A stretch of 64,000 nt of DNA from Lama guanicoe (lineage: Eukaryota). The stretch spans positions 7,411,095 through 7,475,094 of the forward strand of contig MU054391.1 of the NCBI GenBank assembly GCA_013239625.1, read 5' to 3'. This document shows positions 10,196 through 21,235 of this stretch, piece by piece. The first letter of the stretch is position 1, and every line of letters begins with the position of its first letter. Made by a program: the position numbers and the translations under genes. Under the pieces are notes generated by a model. The model worked only from the letters and a program-made list of their open reading frames with translations, was not told the origin of the DNA and ran no database searches.

Positions 10196-11661
10196 ACTGG
10201 AGTGAAGAGAACTGCCCTGCACTTTCCATGACTCCCCCAGACAAGCCATTCCTGTTAGGCGGGCAGGCTGCCAGGCCACTCCTCTAGGAGTCCGGCCATG
10301 CCCATCTCTACAGCTAAAGCTGTTTCGTTAGTCATTTTCTTTAGTTGAAATCATTCTCACCCATTTTGACTTATTGATTTCCTCCTCATCTTTCAAGGTT
10401 TATTTCAAGTCCCATCTTCTCTGCAAGGAAACCTTGTGTACCAAGTCCTCGGACACGGGATTGCCCAGGGCTCCTGTGGCAATGAGAAACAAGGGCCAAG
10501 GAAGGGCACAGAAACTTCAGGATTTGACCTGTCATTCATATCTTCATGTGCCCTCCTGGAGGCAAACTTTTTGCAGAAAACTCCCAAATTGCCCTTTGGA
10601 CATACCCTTGACCCAACTTTGCCCCCAGATAGATGATTCTCTGTTCTCCCAAAAGTCTTGAATAGAGCTATGAACTTTCATCAATAGATAACCCTACTGT
10701 TGCTTGCTTGGGCTTTTCCTTCAGTCCATGACACAGAGCAATGGCACGGCGGGCTGGTGAATTAAGCCCCAGTCCTCCACTGCCGTATCCAAAGCCAGGG
10801 TAATGGAAGTGATGTTTATGAGGACTCGCTTGAAGGGCATGCTATTTACCCCTTCCTCTAGTGTGCTAATTTTTATTCCTGCATTAAGCTGTGCACTTGG
10901 ACCATATGTTCTTAGTCCCCAGCAGAATTTTCATGCATTTTAATGTTATTTCCTTGGCTTACATCCAGGGATATTATACATAATGGCTTTATGAAAACTA
11001 TTACTGTAGGGATGTCTTTGAAGTCTTATGCATTAGGTCATTCGACTCCTATATGGAGCCTGGAGCAAGAAACTCTTTTGTTAAAATAAAGGTCAGGAAG
11101 AGCTTGGCTTCCTTTGAGGAGCTGGGGGCAATTACTAATTTTTAGTGACAAGACTGACTGTGTCTTCCGTTTTTCGATTGACCATCAGGAAACTCAGAGC
11201 CAGATAGCCAGGTGAATCATGAAGGCATCCGTGACTTGCACAAAGGTGGCAGTGAGATGATGCAGGTAACGGAGTCAAGGGATCTGTAGATTTTGCTCAG
11301 CACCAGAGAAGGGTCTGGGGATGAGAAGAGCACAGAGTCAACAGTTTAGGAGGCCTGAAATTCTCGCTGTGTTCTCCCATACCCCAACCTGAACCACTGT
11401 CTGTTTTGATTTTCTTGTTTTATGACAGTGCCAAGTCTGCAACCCATTCCGGACCTTGCTTATTGTAAATTGAGGGCATCAGAGTAGAGGCTGTCTAATT
11501 AGAGATGAATTAGAGACCATCTCTAACCCTGTTTGGATTACTGCTTCCTTCTCAGTTCCTCTGCTCCTACCATCCTTTATTCTTCCTCCCACCTCGCCTG
11601 TTCTGGGATAACCACAGGCCCCGCTCAGCCATGCTGCTGGCCTCCAGGCTAAAGGGTAGCT

Positions 11662-11830
11662 GAGGAGATTTCAAACTTGGCTGCATTTTAGAATTGTCTG
11701 GGGAGCTTTGAAAAATTATGATGCCCCAGCTGCACCCTTAACAAATAAATCAGACTGAAGTGAGACCCAGGGACCTTTATTTTTGAAAACTCTTCAGGTG
11801 ATTAAAATGTGCAGCCAAATTTGAGACTCA
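11662..11830. mobile_element. MER5A-like DNA transposon
   Basis: tcaaacttggctgcattttagaattgtctggggagcttt..caggtgattaaaatgtgcagccaaatttgagac. Confidence 0.8.
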
Positions 11831-11837
11831 GAGCTTA

Positions 11838-11990
11838 TTAAACTTTATCATTAGTTTGAATCCCCAAGCATCTTTTAAATACAGGTTCTGATTCCAGAGT
11901 TTGAGGGTGAGGCCTGAAGAGTCTCCATTTCCTCAAAAGCTACCAGGTGATCTGATGCACTTGGTTCCTGACTCACACTCCGGGTAGAGA
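11838..11990. mobile_element. Second MER5-like DNA transposon
   Basis: ttctgattccagagtttgagggtgaggcctgaagagtctccatttcc..ccaggtgatctgatgc..cacactccgggtag. Confidence 0.7.
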
Positions 11991-12489
11991 GGGGAAAACA
12001 TACATTTGAGGAATAACGGGAAGGAGGAAGTCCACCCGATTCATTTGTGCTGGAGCCCAGGAAGGGGGCATCCCGCGGGCTGAAGTGAGCAGAGCCATTG
12101 TCTGTGTTCTGCTTGGCAAGGTCAAGTCTAGTCTGAGGCTCATGGGTCCAGGAGGACCCTGGAGATGCCCAGGGGTACGCTCTGCTCCATCTTTCCTGCC
12201 CACCCCTGTGGCGTTGATCTCTGTCTCGGAAGTTTTGTCCGTAGTTAGGTACCTGTGGTATCACACACACAGGAATGTGTTTCCTAACTAGACGATGAGC
12301 AGCTCAGAGGCTTCGTCACCTCTGTCTGCAGAGCCTGACTCATGGGTGTCTGCGGAGTGGGTGCCTGCGTGGAGGGCGGGCACTTCTCAGAGGGAAGAAG
12401 TGTGCAGTGTGACGTGCAGCAGTGATTCCGTCCTGAGGGTGTCTCACCACGAAAAATAGTTCCCTGGGACACCTCGGTCCTATAGAATT

Positions 12490-12778
12490 CTCACGGTTTT
12501 CCGAACACTGCCCACGCAGTCCCGCCTCTGTGCTTCTGCTCGTAACTAGGGTAACAGCAGCTCATCTTTTAAGGCTGGACTCAGAAAATCTCTTCTTGTG
12601 TTTCGCTTCTCTTCTGCTCTCCCTGACTCTGTGTCACTACAACTCCGGAGCGACTTCCATCAGAGACTGTTCTACTCGATTGCTCGTGTGTCTCCTTCTG
12701 TCTATGTTGGTAGCACAATGCTCGGCAAGGAGTAGGCATTTAGGGAACAAAAGCTGAACGAAATAGAATAAATGATTT
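12490..12778 (+). mobile_element. L2 3' end
   Basis: tagcacaatgctcggcaaggagtaggcatttagg..gctgaacgaaatagaataaatga. Confidence 0.55.
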
Positions 12779-13394
12779 ACCACAAACTTCCCTTCTTAGC
12801 GTTTCCTGACTTTCATCCATAAAGGCATAATTAATCAGGACGGCACAGAACAGATTATTGTTGGCTACCACTGTGATAACCAGGGTGCTAAATCCCAGTT
12901 TCCTCTGTAATTGGAAGCTATTAACAGAAATACGGCACCACAGTGCTGTTTTCTGCTTTTGTCGGCATCCAACCTGAGCCAAGAAAATGGCAGGTTGCTT
13001 CCTAAGAGCTGAAAGGCTGTGTGCGAATCCCTGCTCAGGGAGCCAGCTTTTGGAATTCCCTTTGCCCTCTCAAGCAGGGCCCCACGGCTGCAGGTGCTCT
13101 GGGGCACTTGTCTGGACTGTTTGCCAAAGGAGGCGGTGATCTGCTCGCCGAGTTGGAGGTGCCCTGTTGGCAGCTGTTGGCTTTGTTGGTTTCTGGTGAG
13201 CTTAGAAGCTCATGATTAACACTCCTATCTTACACACGGGAAAATGACATTTGCTATTATGTGATTCAAAGCATACTTGTTAATTATCATATTTTTAGCT
13301 GATACATAGCATCCATTTTTAGAACATTGGGAAAAAAACTCATGTCTTTGAAGACATGTCTAGGTAATGAAACTCAGGGTAGTCACATATTAGA

Positions 13395-13478
13395 GTTTTT
13401 TTCTTCTCTTCTTTTCTTCTATTTCTTTTCTCCTCTTTCCTGTCCTCTCCTCCCCTCCACCACCCCTTTCTCTCCTTC
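13395..13478. repeat. CT-rich low-complexity tract
   Basis: Near-pure polypyrimidine run. Confidence 0.8.
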
Positions 13479-15351
13479 ATAAATTATGAGCTGGAATGAA
13501 AGAAGACAGTTCATTTTTAAATGGTGACAGCTTCCTCCAGCTGGGAGAGTTGCCTTAGAACACCCCTTTCCAGTATGTGGAAGGATTATGACAAGAGGGC
13601 CTCTTCCTGCATAGCTGTGTGACCCTATGTCGAGGGTGGAGGCTGCATTTGAAACACGTGTCTGTAGCCAACTGTCTGTTTCAAATGGGAGAGCTGGTAG
13701 TGGGATTTAAAAGAGAACAATGAAGATTTAATCCATGTACTGAGATTGGATCGACATTTTTGATACCATGTTATTTCCTGCTTTAAATGGGATCATCAAG
13801 GGTAAAGAATAAATCAGACTCTGAATTTTCACCAAGAGGATTGGGTGTTTTCTCTTTTTCAGACTTAACAAGGAGCCAGTTCAGTCGATACTTCCTGTGC
13901 TGTCTCCTAGAATCAAAGCGGAGTCCTAAATTCACCCTTGCTCAGCTGTGAGACGGAGGGCAGTTCCTGCCGGAAGTCACAGCCTTGCCCTCTGCTCCCC
14001 AGTTGCTGGCTCCCAAATGTTCTCTCCAGAGCTGTTGCTCTTTCATTCTCCCCCTCTTCTCCTTTTTAAGAAAATGTCTTATTTTCTCCTTCTTATTTCC
14101 CCCATTCTCTGAGGGATAGTGAAACACAGATAACCAAAACTAGTTAGTGCGGGGAACAGTGTTGCCTCATTTCTTCTTACGTTCATTTTTTTTCCCATTC
14201 ATTTTTTGCGGAGTCAAGGGAAGGGCTGTGTGGCTTGAATTTGTCCGTGGCCCATCCCTGGAGGGTCAGCCCACACTTGGCATGGGTGCCGGCCAAAGGT
14301 GTGCTCTTGACTTTCACTCAAGAGAAACCTGTTTTTGAGACTCTCTCCTTCCAACAGCTCCTGCTGGTTTAGCATGCAACCTGTGAGCATGAGGGCTGCT
14401 TCGTGGCACTTCCACAACCATGCTCCACTCCCATCACGGGTCCTGCCTCTTAGACCCTTGTTATAATTCCATACTCGTTTCTGAGGTTTGTGCACTGGCC
14501 TGTGCTTTCTGACACACAGATACATTCTTGTTAGCAGAAGGAAACGCAGTTTAGAAACAATCTGGACTGTGTCAAAAAGCAAACAAAATAATTTTAAAAG
14601 GCTGGGTCAATCCTTCACATATACAAGAGTTGACCTTCATATGAACAAAGTTAAGACTAGTCTATCTAGTCTATGGTTGGAGTGGAGTGAAAATTGATCT
14701 GCATATTAAAGTAACAGGAATTTGCAGGAATTTGGAGTCTTTTTGACTGATAGGAAGGGTAGAGCGAACAGGTGTGTGCAGGTGTGTGTGTGTGTTTGGC
14801 AAGGGTGGAATAAAGAAAGAGAAAAGAATCTTGGTAATGAGAGGAGTCCCCATCACTTTAAGCTGTTTTTAAAAATCTATCCAAGTTTTTAGCAAGATGA
14901 CAAAAGAAGGATATCACTTTGCTATCTAGTATGAATTGAAGTTGGGTGCCATTCTGCTGCTGTTTGTCTTCAATATTTAGTAGACGTTGGATTCCCAGGA
15001 TTGCCATGGGTTAGAGTTGCTCTGAAAGGCAAAGGAGAGAGTCTGGGTTGCATACTGAAGGGGTTGAGGTAAAGGGAGAAGGCCAGCAGCCTCAGGAAGT
15101 GAAAAACCATCCCATTCTGGAATTCACAGGAAGCAGGAGTGTGGAGCAAGGGGTGAGTGTGAGAGAGTAAGTCTTTGGGAATCCTTGGAAACCTGGGGTG
15201 GGGGTGGGGCAGATTTCCCACTGAATGTGGAGTGAGGATCTAGGCTGTTTGACCTGGATATACAAAGGAAGGTTGAGCCCAGAGAGCTGGAAGACATGGG
15301 AACATGTGAATGAAAAACTTAAGATGTAGAGAGATGGACCGCAGTTCATAG

Positions 15352-15586
15352 TTAATAATCGTAGGTATCATCTAAAGATTATTTGCTAAATGCCAGGCTG
15401 TGTTCTAAGAATTCATTAACCTATTTTTTTTTCAACAACTGGTCAAGCAGATGTTTTTATTATTCATGATTTTTCAAAATGAGGAAACAGGCTCTTAGAA
15501 GCTAAGGAAATTTGCCTAAAGTTGCAGAGCTGGTATCTAACCCAGGTAGCCTGTCTCCAGGAACTGATTTCAACCACTGCTGTGCT
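15352..15586 (-). mobile_element. MIR SINE
   Basis: atgccaggctgtgttctaag..aaatgaggaaacaggctcttagaagctaaggaaatttgcctaaagttgcagagctgg..ttcaaccactgc. Confidence 0.85.
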
Positions 15587-15597
15587 CCCTCTGGAGG
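15582..15597 (-). promoter_or_regulatory. Candidate CTCF site at MIR edge
   Basis: Minus strand reads CCTCCAGAGGGAGCAC. Confidence 0.35.
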
Positions 15598-15849
15598 AGA
15601 CCCTAACTCACGCAGGGGTCTGGAACAAGGGCCTCTGGGCCTAGGTTTCCTTCCCCTTAAAGTGAAAAGCTTGATCTTGTTGATAGACATATTCATTTAT
15701 TCACTCATTCATTCCAGGCATAAAATGGGAGTTTAGCCCACTCAAGTAAGCCTATTTTCTGTTGCCTTGAAATCCTTGTGTCTTTTTGTAGATTCCAGAC
15801 CTTTCTTTTCTTTCAATATCCTAACCTTCCCTTATGAGTCTCTTATGCC

Positions 15850-16948
15850 ACCAATTTAGACACCCACCACCCTCCTTGTTGAAGCCATCATGGACTTCTG
15901 GATCACTTCCCATCACTGTTTTAGCTTCTGACTCACTGTTCGTAAGAGGAACATCTCCATGATGGGCAATTTCACTATCCACCCACATGACCCTTTTAAC
16001 ACTTGGGCTCCAAATTCTTGGCCTCCTCCCCTCCTTTTCCTCCACCTGCTTTGGCCACTCACTCCCACAGTCACACGCCAAGATCTTATCATGACCAGTA
16101 ACAGCCATCCCTGCGCCGCCGTAACTTTCTATTGTGAGTAACCTTCTCTGTTCTCCATCACCTTTTCAGCTCCTTTCTTCTAGTATCTTTGACTCCAGGG
16201 GTCCTTTAACCTCGCAGGGCCCTGCAGTGTGTTCATCCTACTATTGTTTTGTCACTGTCTCTCACCCTCATAGTGTCACCACCCTATTTACTCAACTGAA
16301 ATTCCATGGCGCCTCAGTGTAACTGTGGGAAGTTGGACTTGGCTGGAGGGAAAATGCTGGTCTTGCTTTACACCCACAATTATTCATTTTAAGTGGACCC
16401 TTAAAGCAGTCCAGCCAATGTTGTATAATTCCTTTGCCTTATATACACTGTCTTACAGTCCTTGACAACTGTTTTCATTCACCCTCATCTTTCTCCTCAA
16501 ACCCCTGACGTCTCCTTTCCAGCTTTCAATCTCAGCTAGTGATCTTGCAGACAAAATTAAAGTGTTCAAAGAACTTCTGTAAGCATCCATCAAACCCTCC
16601 ATCTATCAGCCTGCATCCGTGCCTGTATATGCCACTGCTGCTTCTGTGGGAGAGATGTATTGTCTGTGTTCATAGACAGTGTCATCCCCAATACGGTGTT
16701 CCAGATTCCAGATTCCATCTCCTCCCTCCACTTATCTGCTCACTGAACTCACCATCAGTTTTTTTCACTATCAGATCTTTCCCATGAGTGCGCAGACATA
16801 CAGTCATTTTCCCCATCACACAAAAACCAAAACAGAATTCTCTCTTTTTAATCTACTTCCCCCTCTATCACTCCATTTATCTCCTTCCTTTATACCAAAA
16901 ATCGTTCCAAAAAGTCCTAACTCGGTGCCTCCATTCTTCTCCTTGGAG
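15850..16948 (+). mobile_element. Long L2, 5' part with endonuclease remnant
   Basis: Translates to GNFTIHPHDPFNT (cf. GDFNIH) and, across a frameshift, HSHSHT..DLIMT (cf. THxxGHTLDLVIT) of APE-type endonucleases. Confidence 0.8.
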
Positions 16949-17296
16949 TATCAGGATAGTATGAGTAATCCTGCAACGAATTACTTGAGTGATATAACAA
17001 TAAACATTTATTTCTCCCTCACATCCTAGTCAGGGTGGGTTGTATTCTTTTCCAGGGGATGAGCCAAGAAGTCAGTCTGTATTTCTGCTGTGATCTTCAA
17101 TATGCAGCCTCCATGGTGACCACAATGTGAAGAGTGAGCAGGACTGCACAGGGGGTTTATGGGCAGGCCCGCTTATAGCTGGTGCAAATCCTCCTGCTCA
17201 CATTTCTGTGCCTGAAATCTAGGCCATGGGGCCCCCGTGTAACATAAGAGGCTGAAAAATGTAGTATTCCAGGATGATCAGGAAAAGGAAATGGGA
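16949..17296 (-). mobile_element. MLT1-type MaLR LTR
   Basis: tatcaggatag..aacaataaacatttattctccctcaca..gcagcctccatggtgacc..tcctgctcacatttc..ggctgaaaaatgtagt. Confidence 0.65.
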
Positions 17297-18070
17297 TAAA
17301 CTTTCATCCTGCTAAATCGTTGAGATTTGGAAGGTTTTTGTTACAACCTCTAGTATCACTTGTCCTGACTAATGCAGATATTGGTAACATTTTTTTTGCT
17401 GTGACAAAAAACTAGAATGCATGACAATGGCTTGGTGGAAGTTTTGGAGATGAAAGAAGTAGATATAATGCACTGGAGAGTTAGCCATCCATATGATGTA
17501 GTGGAAAATTATTTGGTAAAACCCCATTTTTACTGAGATCGTAGCTCTAAGAGGAAGCTAGAAAGCAGAACATTAGTGAAGTGTGGAGGGTATTAGTGGC
17601 TGTGTGGGGAAGATATTTGATTAAAAAAAGATTACAAATGGCCAGTTTGTAAGCAAAAGTAAAAACACATAAAGTCCAGAAACTGGAAACACATAAGTCT
17701 AGGACTGGAAAAGCCTACTGTTTTTAGTCTCTAAACAAGAAGATGGAGGATTTAATAAGGCTTTGAGGGAAAAATTCTCAGATGCTTCTGAATTGAATAA
17801 AGTGACTCAGAGCAAAGATCAGATTAAAGGTCTGGTCTTCCCATTCAAGCCTGATCATGGGAGGGAGGGGAAGAAGGAAGGAAGATAGAAGAGAGAGGGG
17901 GAGATTGGAGAGGTATGTTGAGGACGCAAAGAGGTCATTTAGGAACTACATGTCTAGGAGTAAATTTAAGTGTGTTCCCTACTTACGAAACGGATGAAAC
18001 TGACTGGGAGAAGCAGCTGTGGTCCTCCCCAGTGCCCAGGGAGAGGAAATGAAATTGGTGATCATCTCAC
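17297..18070 (+). mobile_element. MLT1 LTR 3' end plus MaLR internal sequence
   Basis: LTR end tgagatttggaaggtttttgttacaac..tcctgactaatgca followed by internal start gatattggta..gctgtgacaaaaaact..tggcttggtgg. Confidence 0.7.
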
Positions 18071-18084
18071 CAGCCGTGCCATGC

Positions 18085-19455
18085 TGCTCCAATTCATTTT
18101 TTCCCCATTGCTCCCCTGAAACTGCTCTTGTTGCTTCACCAGAAGGTCACCAACAAGAGGACACCCAGATTGCTAAATCAGTCAGTCAGTCCTCAGTCCT
18201 TATCCGAGCTGACTTTCCAGCAGCCTCAGACACAGTTGGTTACTTTCTTTTTCTTTGAAATAAATCCTGCACTTGGATTTGTTCTTTGCTCATTTCCTTC
18301 TGCTATAGTCTCCTCGCCTCCCTGATCTTTCCACGTTGGGACCCCAGCACCCAGTCCTCGGACCTCTTCTCTTTCCACTGATGCTCACATCCAAGGCGAT
18401 CTCATTAGGTCTCATGGAATTAAACACCATCCATGCACTGGCCCTTCCCAAATTTACTTATGTAGCACAGGCCTGCCCCCTGGCCTTCAGGTTCATCTAT
18501 CCATTGCCTCCTTGTCATCTTTCTCGTATCAGTCGTATCAAACCAGTTGTGTATAACACTGAATTCCTGATTTTTTCCCTGCAAGTGGCTCTTTCCCCTG
18601 TTTTCTCATCTCAGGAAAAGGAGCTCCATCCTTCAAGGTTCTCAGATTAATAAACTTATAATCAACACTGCCTCCAGTTTATATCTCATATCCCTCCTCA
18701 TGCAACCTACATGCAATCTTGCTGTCTCTGCCTTCAAAGGATCCCTGGAGTCTGAGCAGTTAGCATCCTCGTGGCAAATAACCAGGACAAGTTACCATGA
18801 TCTCTCACCTCGATAACCGCACTTAACTGATGGCCCTGCTTCTGCCCCGTGCCTTCTCATCCATTCTTACCACGGTTGCCATGGTGATCAAAAAGCAGTC
18901 AGATCGTCACCTCCCTGTTCACACCTGTGATGGCCTCCTGCCTAAGGCCAACCCAAAGCTTTCTCAAGACTCTACGTGGCCCCACAGCTCTGGTTGTCTC
19001 CTCCCTCTCTGGTTCCTTCTTCTCTTTCCCCTCTCTCACTGCATTCTGGCCACACAGGCCCTCTTGCCATCCCTGAATATTCTAGGCATGGCCCACCCCA
19101 GCAGGTGGCACATACCACCCCTCCAGGTCTTTGCTCCCACGGCCTTCCCGCGGGAGGCCCTCCCTTGAACACCTCGGCGAGCTGCTGCCTCCAGGTGCCA
19201 GCGCTTCCTCCGCTCCGTCTCTGTGTCCTGTTCTCCCATAGCCCTTTCACCTCGTACCGTAGCAGAGACCTTGCCAGTTGATAATATTTACTGCCTGTCT
19301 CTCTCTCCAGTGAAACAAGCTCAAGGAGGTAGAGATTTTTGCCTATTTTATGACTTCTGTCTCCCAAGCATCTAGATGAGCACTTGGCACCAAGCAGACA
19401 TTCAACACAGGTGGAAAGTACTGCGTGCAGGAATAAATGCCAGCGTGTAAATGCT
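18085..19455 (+). mobile_element. Long L2, 3' part with RT remnant and terminus
   Basis: SPETALV..IAKS..SVLIRADFPAASDTV (cf. STETAL..LDLSAAFDTVDH) and GPQHPVLGPLLF (cf. GVPQGSVLGPLLF); ends in the L2 tail cttggcaccaagcagacattcaac..gaataaatg. Confidence 0.88.
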
Positions 19456-20104
19456 GAGAGACAAGGAAGGAAGGAGGGTCTGATCTGCCAGGAAAAGGAA
19501 GTGTCAGGACTGCCTGGGGAGGGGTCTGGGCTCTGGGAGGTCGGTGGGGCTTCTGGGGGCTCCACCGATGTGCTTTGTCATGGTGCAGTGCCCTTTCCCA
19601 GGGCTGGACCACATCCTCCTTGCTCTGAGGCTTCCTGCTCGCTGCAAACCCCACTGCACTGACATCCTCTGGCTGCTTTGCAGAGCGTAAACGAGGAAGT
19701 AAATTGGTCACTGTGGCTGTGGACTCGGGTGGAGGGAGGTGACTGGCCTCCATCCCTCTCTCCATCTCCCTCTTCTCCTCCCATCACTGTGCAGAGTCTT
19801 CCCCTGTTCTTACAGGAAGATCGCATTAGCATCCTCAGCGTAGCCCGAGCATTGCCTTCTGTCCGTCCTCCCTTGCTGCCTCCTTTGCATTTCTCATGGC
19901 TGAGGTTTACAGGCGACCCTTTGGCTATGCAGACTTCCTGGGAAAGGATGCGCCCAGTGCTGTTGACAGCAAACTGCCTCAATGTACAACCTCACTGCGC
20001 GGCTTCAGAGTGGGTAACACACACAGAGTACAGCTTCAGTCCTGGGGAAGGTAGAAAAAGAGCGTTGCCGCTTGGCAGGGAAGAGGTACTCACTTTGGGG
20101 AAGG

Positions 20105-20139
20105 GTGTGTGTGTGTGCGCGTGTGTGCGTGCACGTGCA
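20105..20139. repeat. Alternating purine-pyrimidine (TG/CG) tract
   Basis: gtgtgtgtgtgtgcgcgtgtgtgcgtgcacgtgca. Confidence 0.9.
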
Positions 20140-20729
20140 GTGAGGGAGCTTGAGTCTCCTCTCTGTCCACCTTGGGCTCCACTGGTACATCAGTGTCATC
20201 CAAGCCTCCTGCAGAAAACAGAACGTGTATATGGACAGAAGAAGGTTAGGGACAGAGGTTTGGTTAGTTACAAGAGCCCAACAGAAGAGCTGTTCTGACT
20301 ACAATATGGCGTATGTCACTCAGGTTGTCCCCAGACAGGAAGAGATGACTCTATTCCCACCTCTGTAAGATGTGGGGTACAAGGAGCTCAGCTTTGGGGT
20401 CCCTGTTGCCAAGTGTGATGCTGACGGGATGAGGAAGTTCTTCCTCCCCTTTAGCACAGAACACGCCGAACAGCTGGGCTGCCCAGGAGGCTGGGCCTGG
20501 AGGTGCCCCGCCCTTGGATGTCCCCAGTAGGATGCCAGCATGCAGACCACCCCTGTGGTGATGCCTGGATGAGGTGGGGCTGGGAAGGAGGAGGAAAGTG
20601 ACATAAGTGATGAGCATGTCCTGAAGCTCATCCAGGAGACACCCCCGGGGGAGCCTGGGAAAGAGCGCAGGCCGCCAAGGATGCTCGTCTGAGGCCCCAG
20701 GAGACGCAGTACCACTGTTCAGACCTGGA

Positions 20730-20950
20730 GAACAGGCCTCATGGGAAAGGGGTCGGCAAGCTTCGGAGACGGGTGAGTAGATCACATTCGAACCCTGGCT
20801 CTGCCGCACGACGCCGTGTGATGATGGTTTGCTGCCTCCTTTAGCTTCTTCAGCAGTAAAACAAAGGCAATGAATGCCTTCTTCCAAGTGTTGTCTTGAG
20901 ATTCAGAGATGATGAATTTAAGGAGCCTAGCAGAGCGCATGTGCATGAAC
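20730..20950 (+). mobile_element. MIR SINE
   Basis: cattcgaaccctggctctgcc..gtgtga..cttcagcagtaaaac..gttgtcttgagattcagagatgatg. Confidence 0.7.
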
Positions 20951-20964
20951 AAACGTGGTGGTTT

Positions 20965-21235
20965 TATTTTATGTTAATTGAAGTAGAGTCAGTTTACAAG
21001 GTCGTGTTAATTTCTGGTGTACCACATAGTGATTCATTTATATATATTTTTCCTTTTCGTACTCTTTTTCATTATAGACTATTACAAGCTATTGATTGCA
21101 ATTCCCTGTGCTGTACAGGGGGACGTTGTTATTTGTCTACTTTATGTGTAGTAGTATCTGCACATCCCGAACTCCCAGTTTATCCCCCACGCCACCTTCC
21201 CCCCTGGTAACAGTGAGTTGGTTTCTGTGTCTGTG
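20965..21235 (-). mobile_element. 5'-truncated L1 3' end with TSD
   Basis: Same L1 3' UTR family; TSD caaacgtggtggttt (20950-20964) / caaatgtggttgttt (21236-21250). Confidence 0.92.

Noticed and set aside
19678..20298. Longest ORF (206 aa) and overlapping ORFs at 18972-19982
   Set aside because: Near-cognate start, low-complexity composition, runs through a microsatellite or antisense L2, and shows no recognisable domain.
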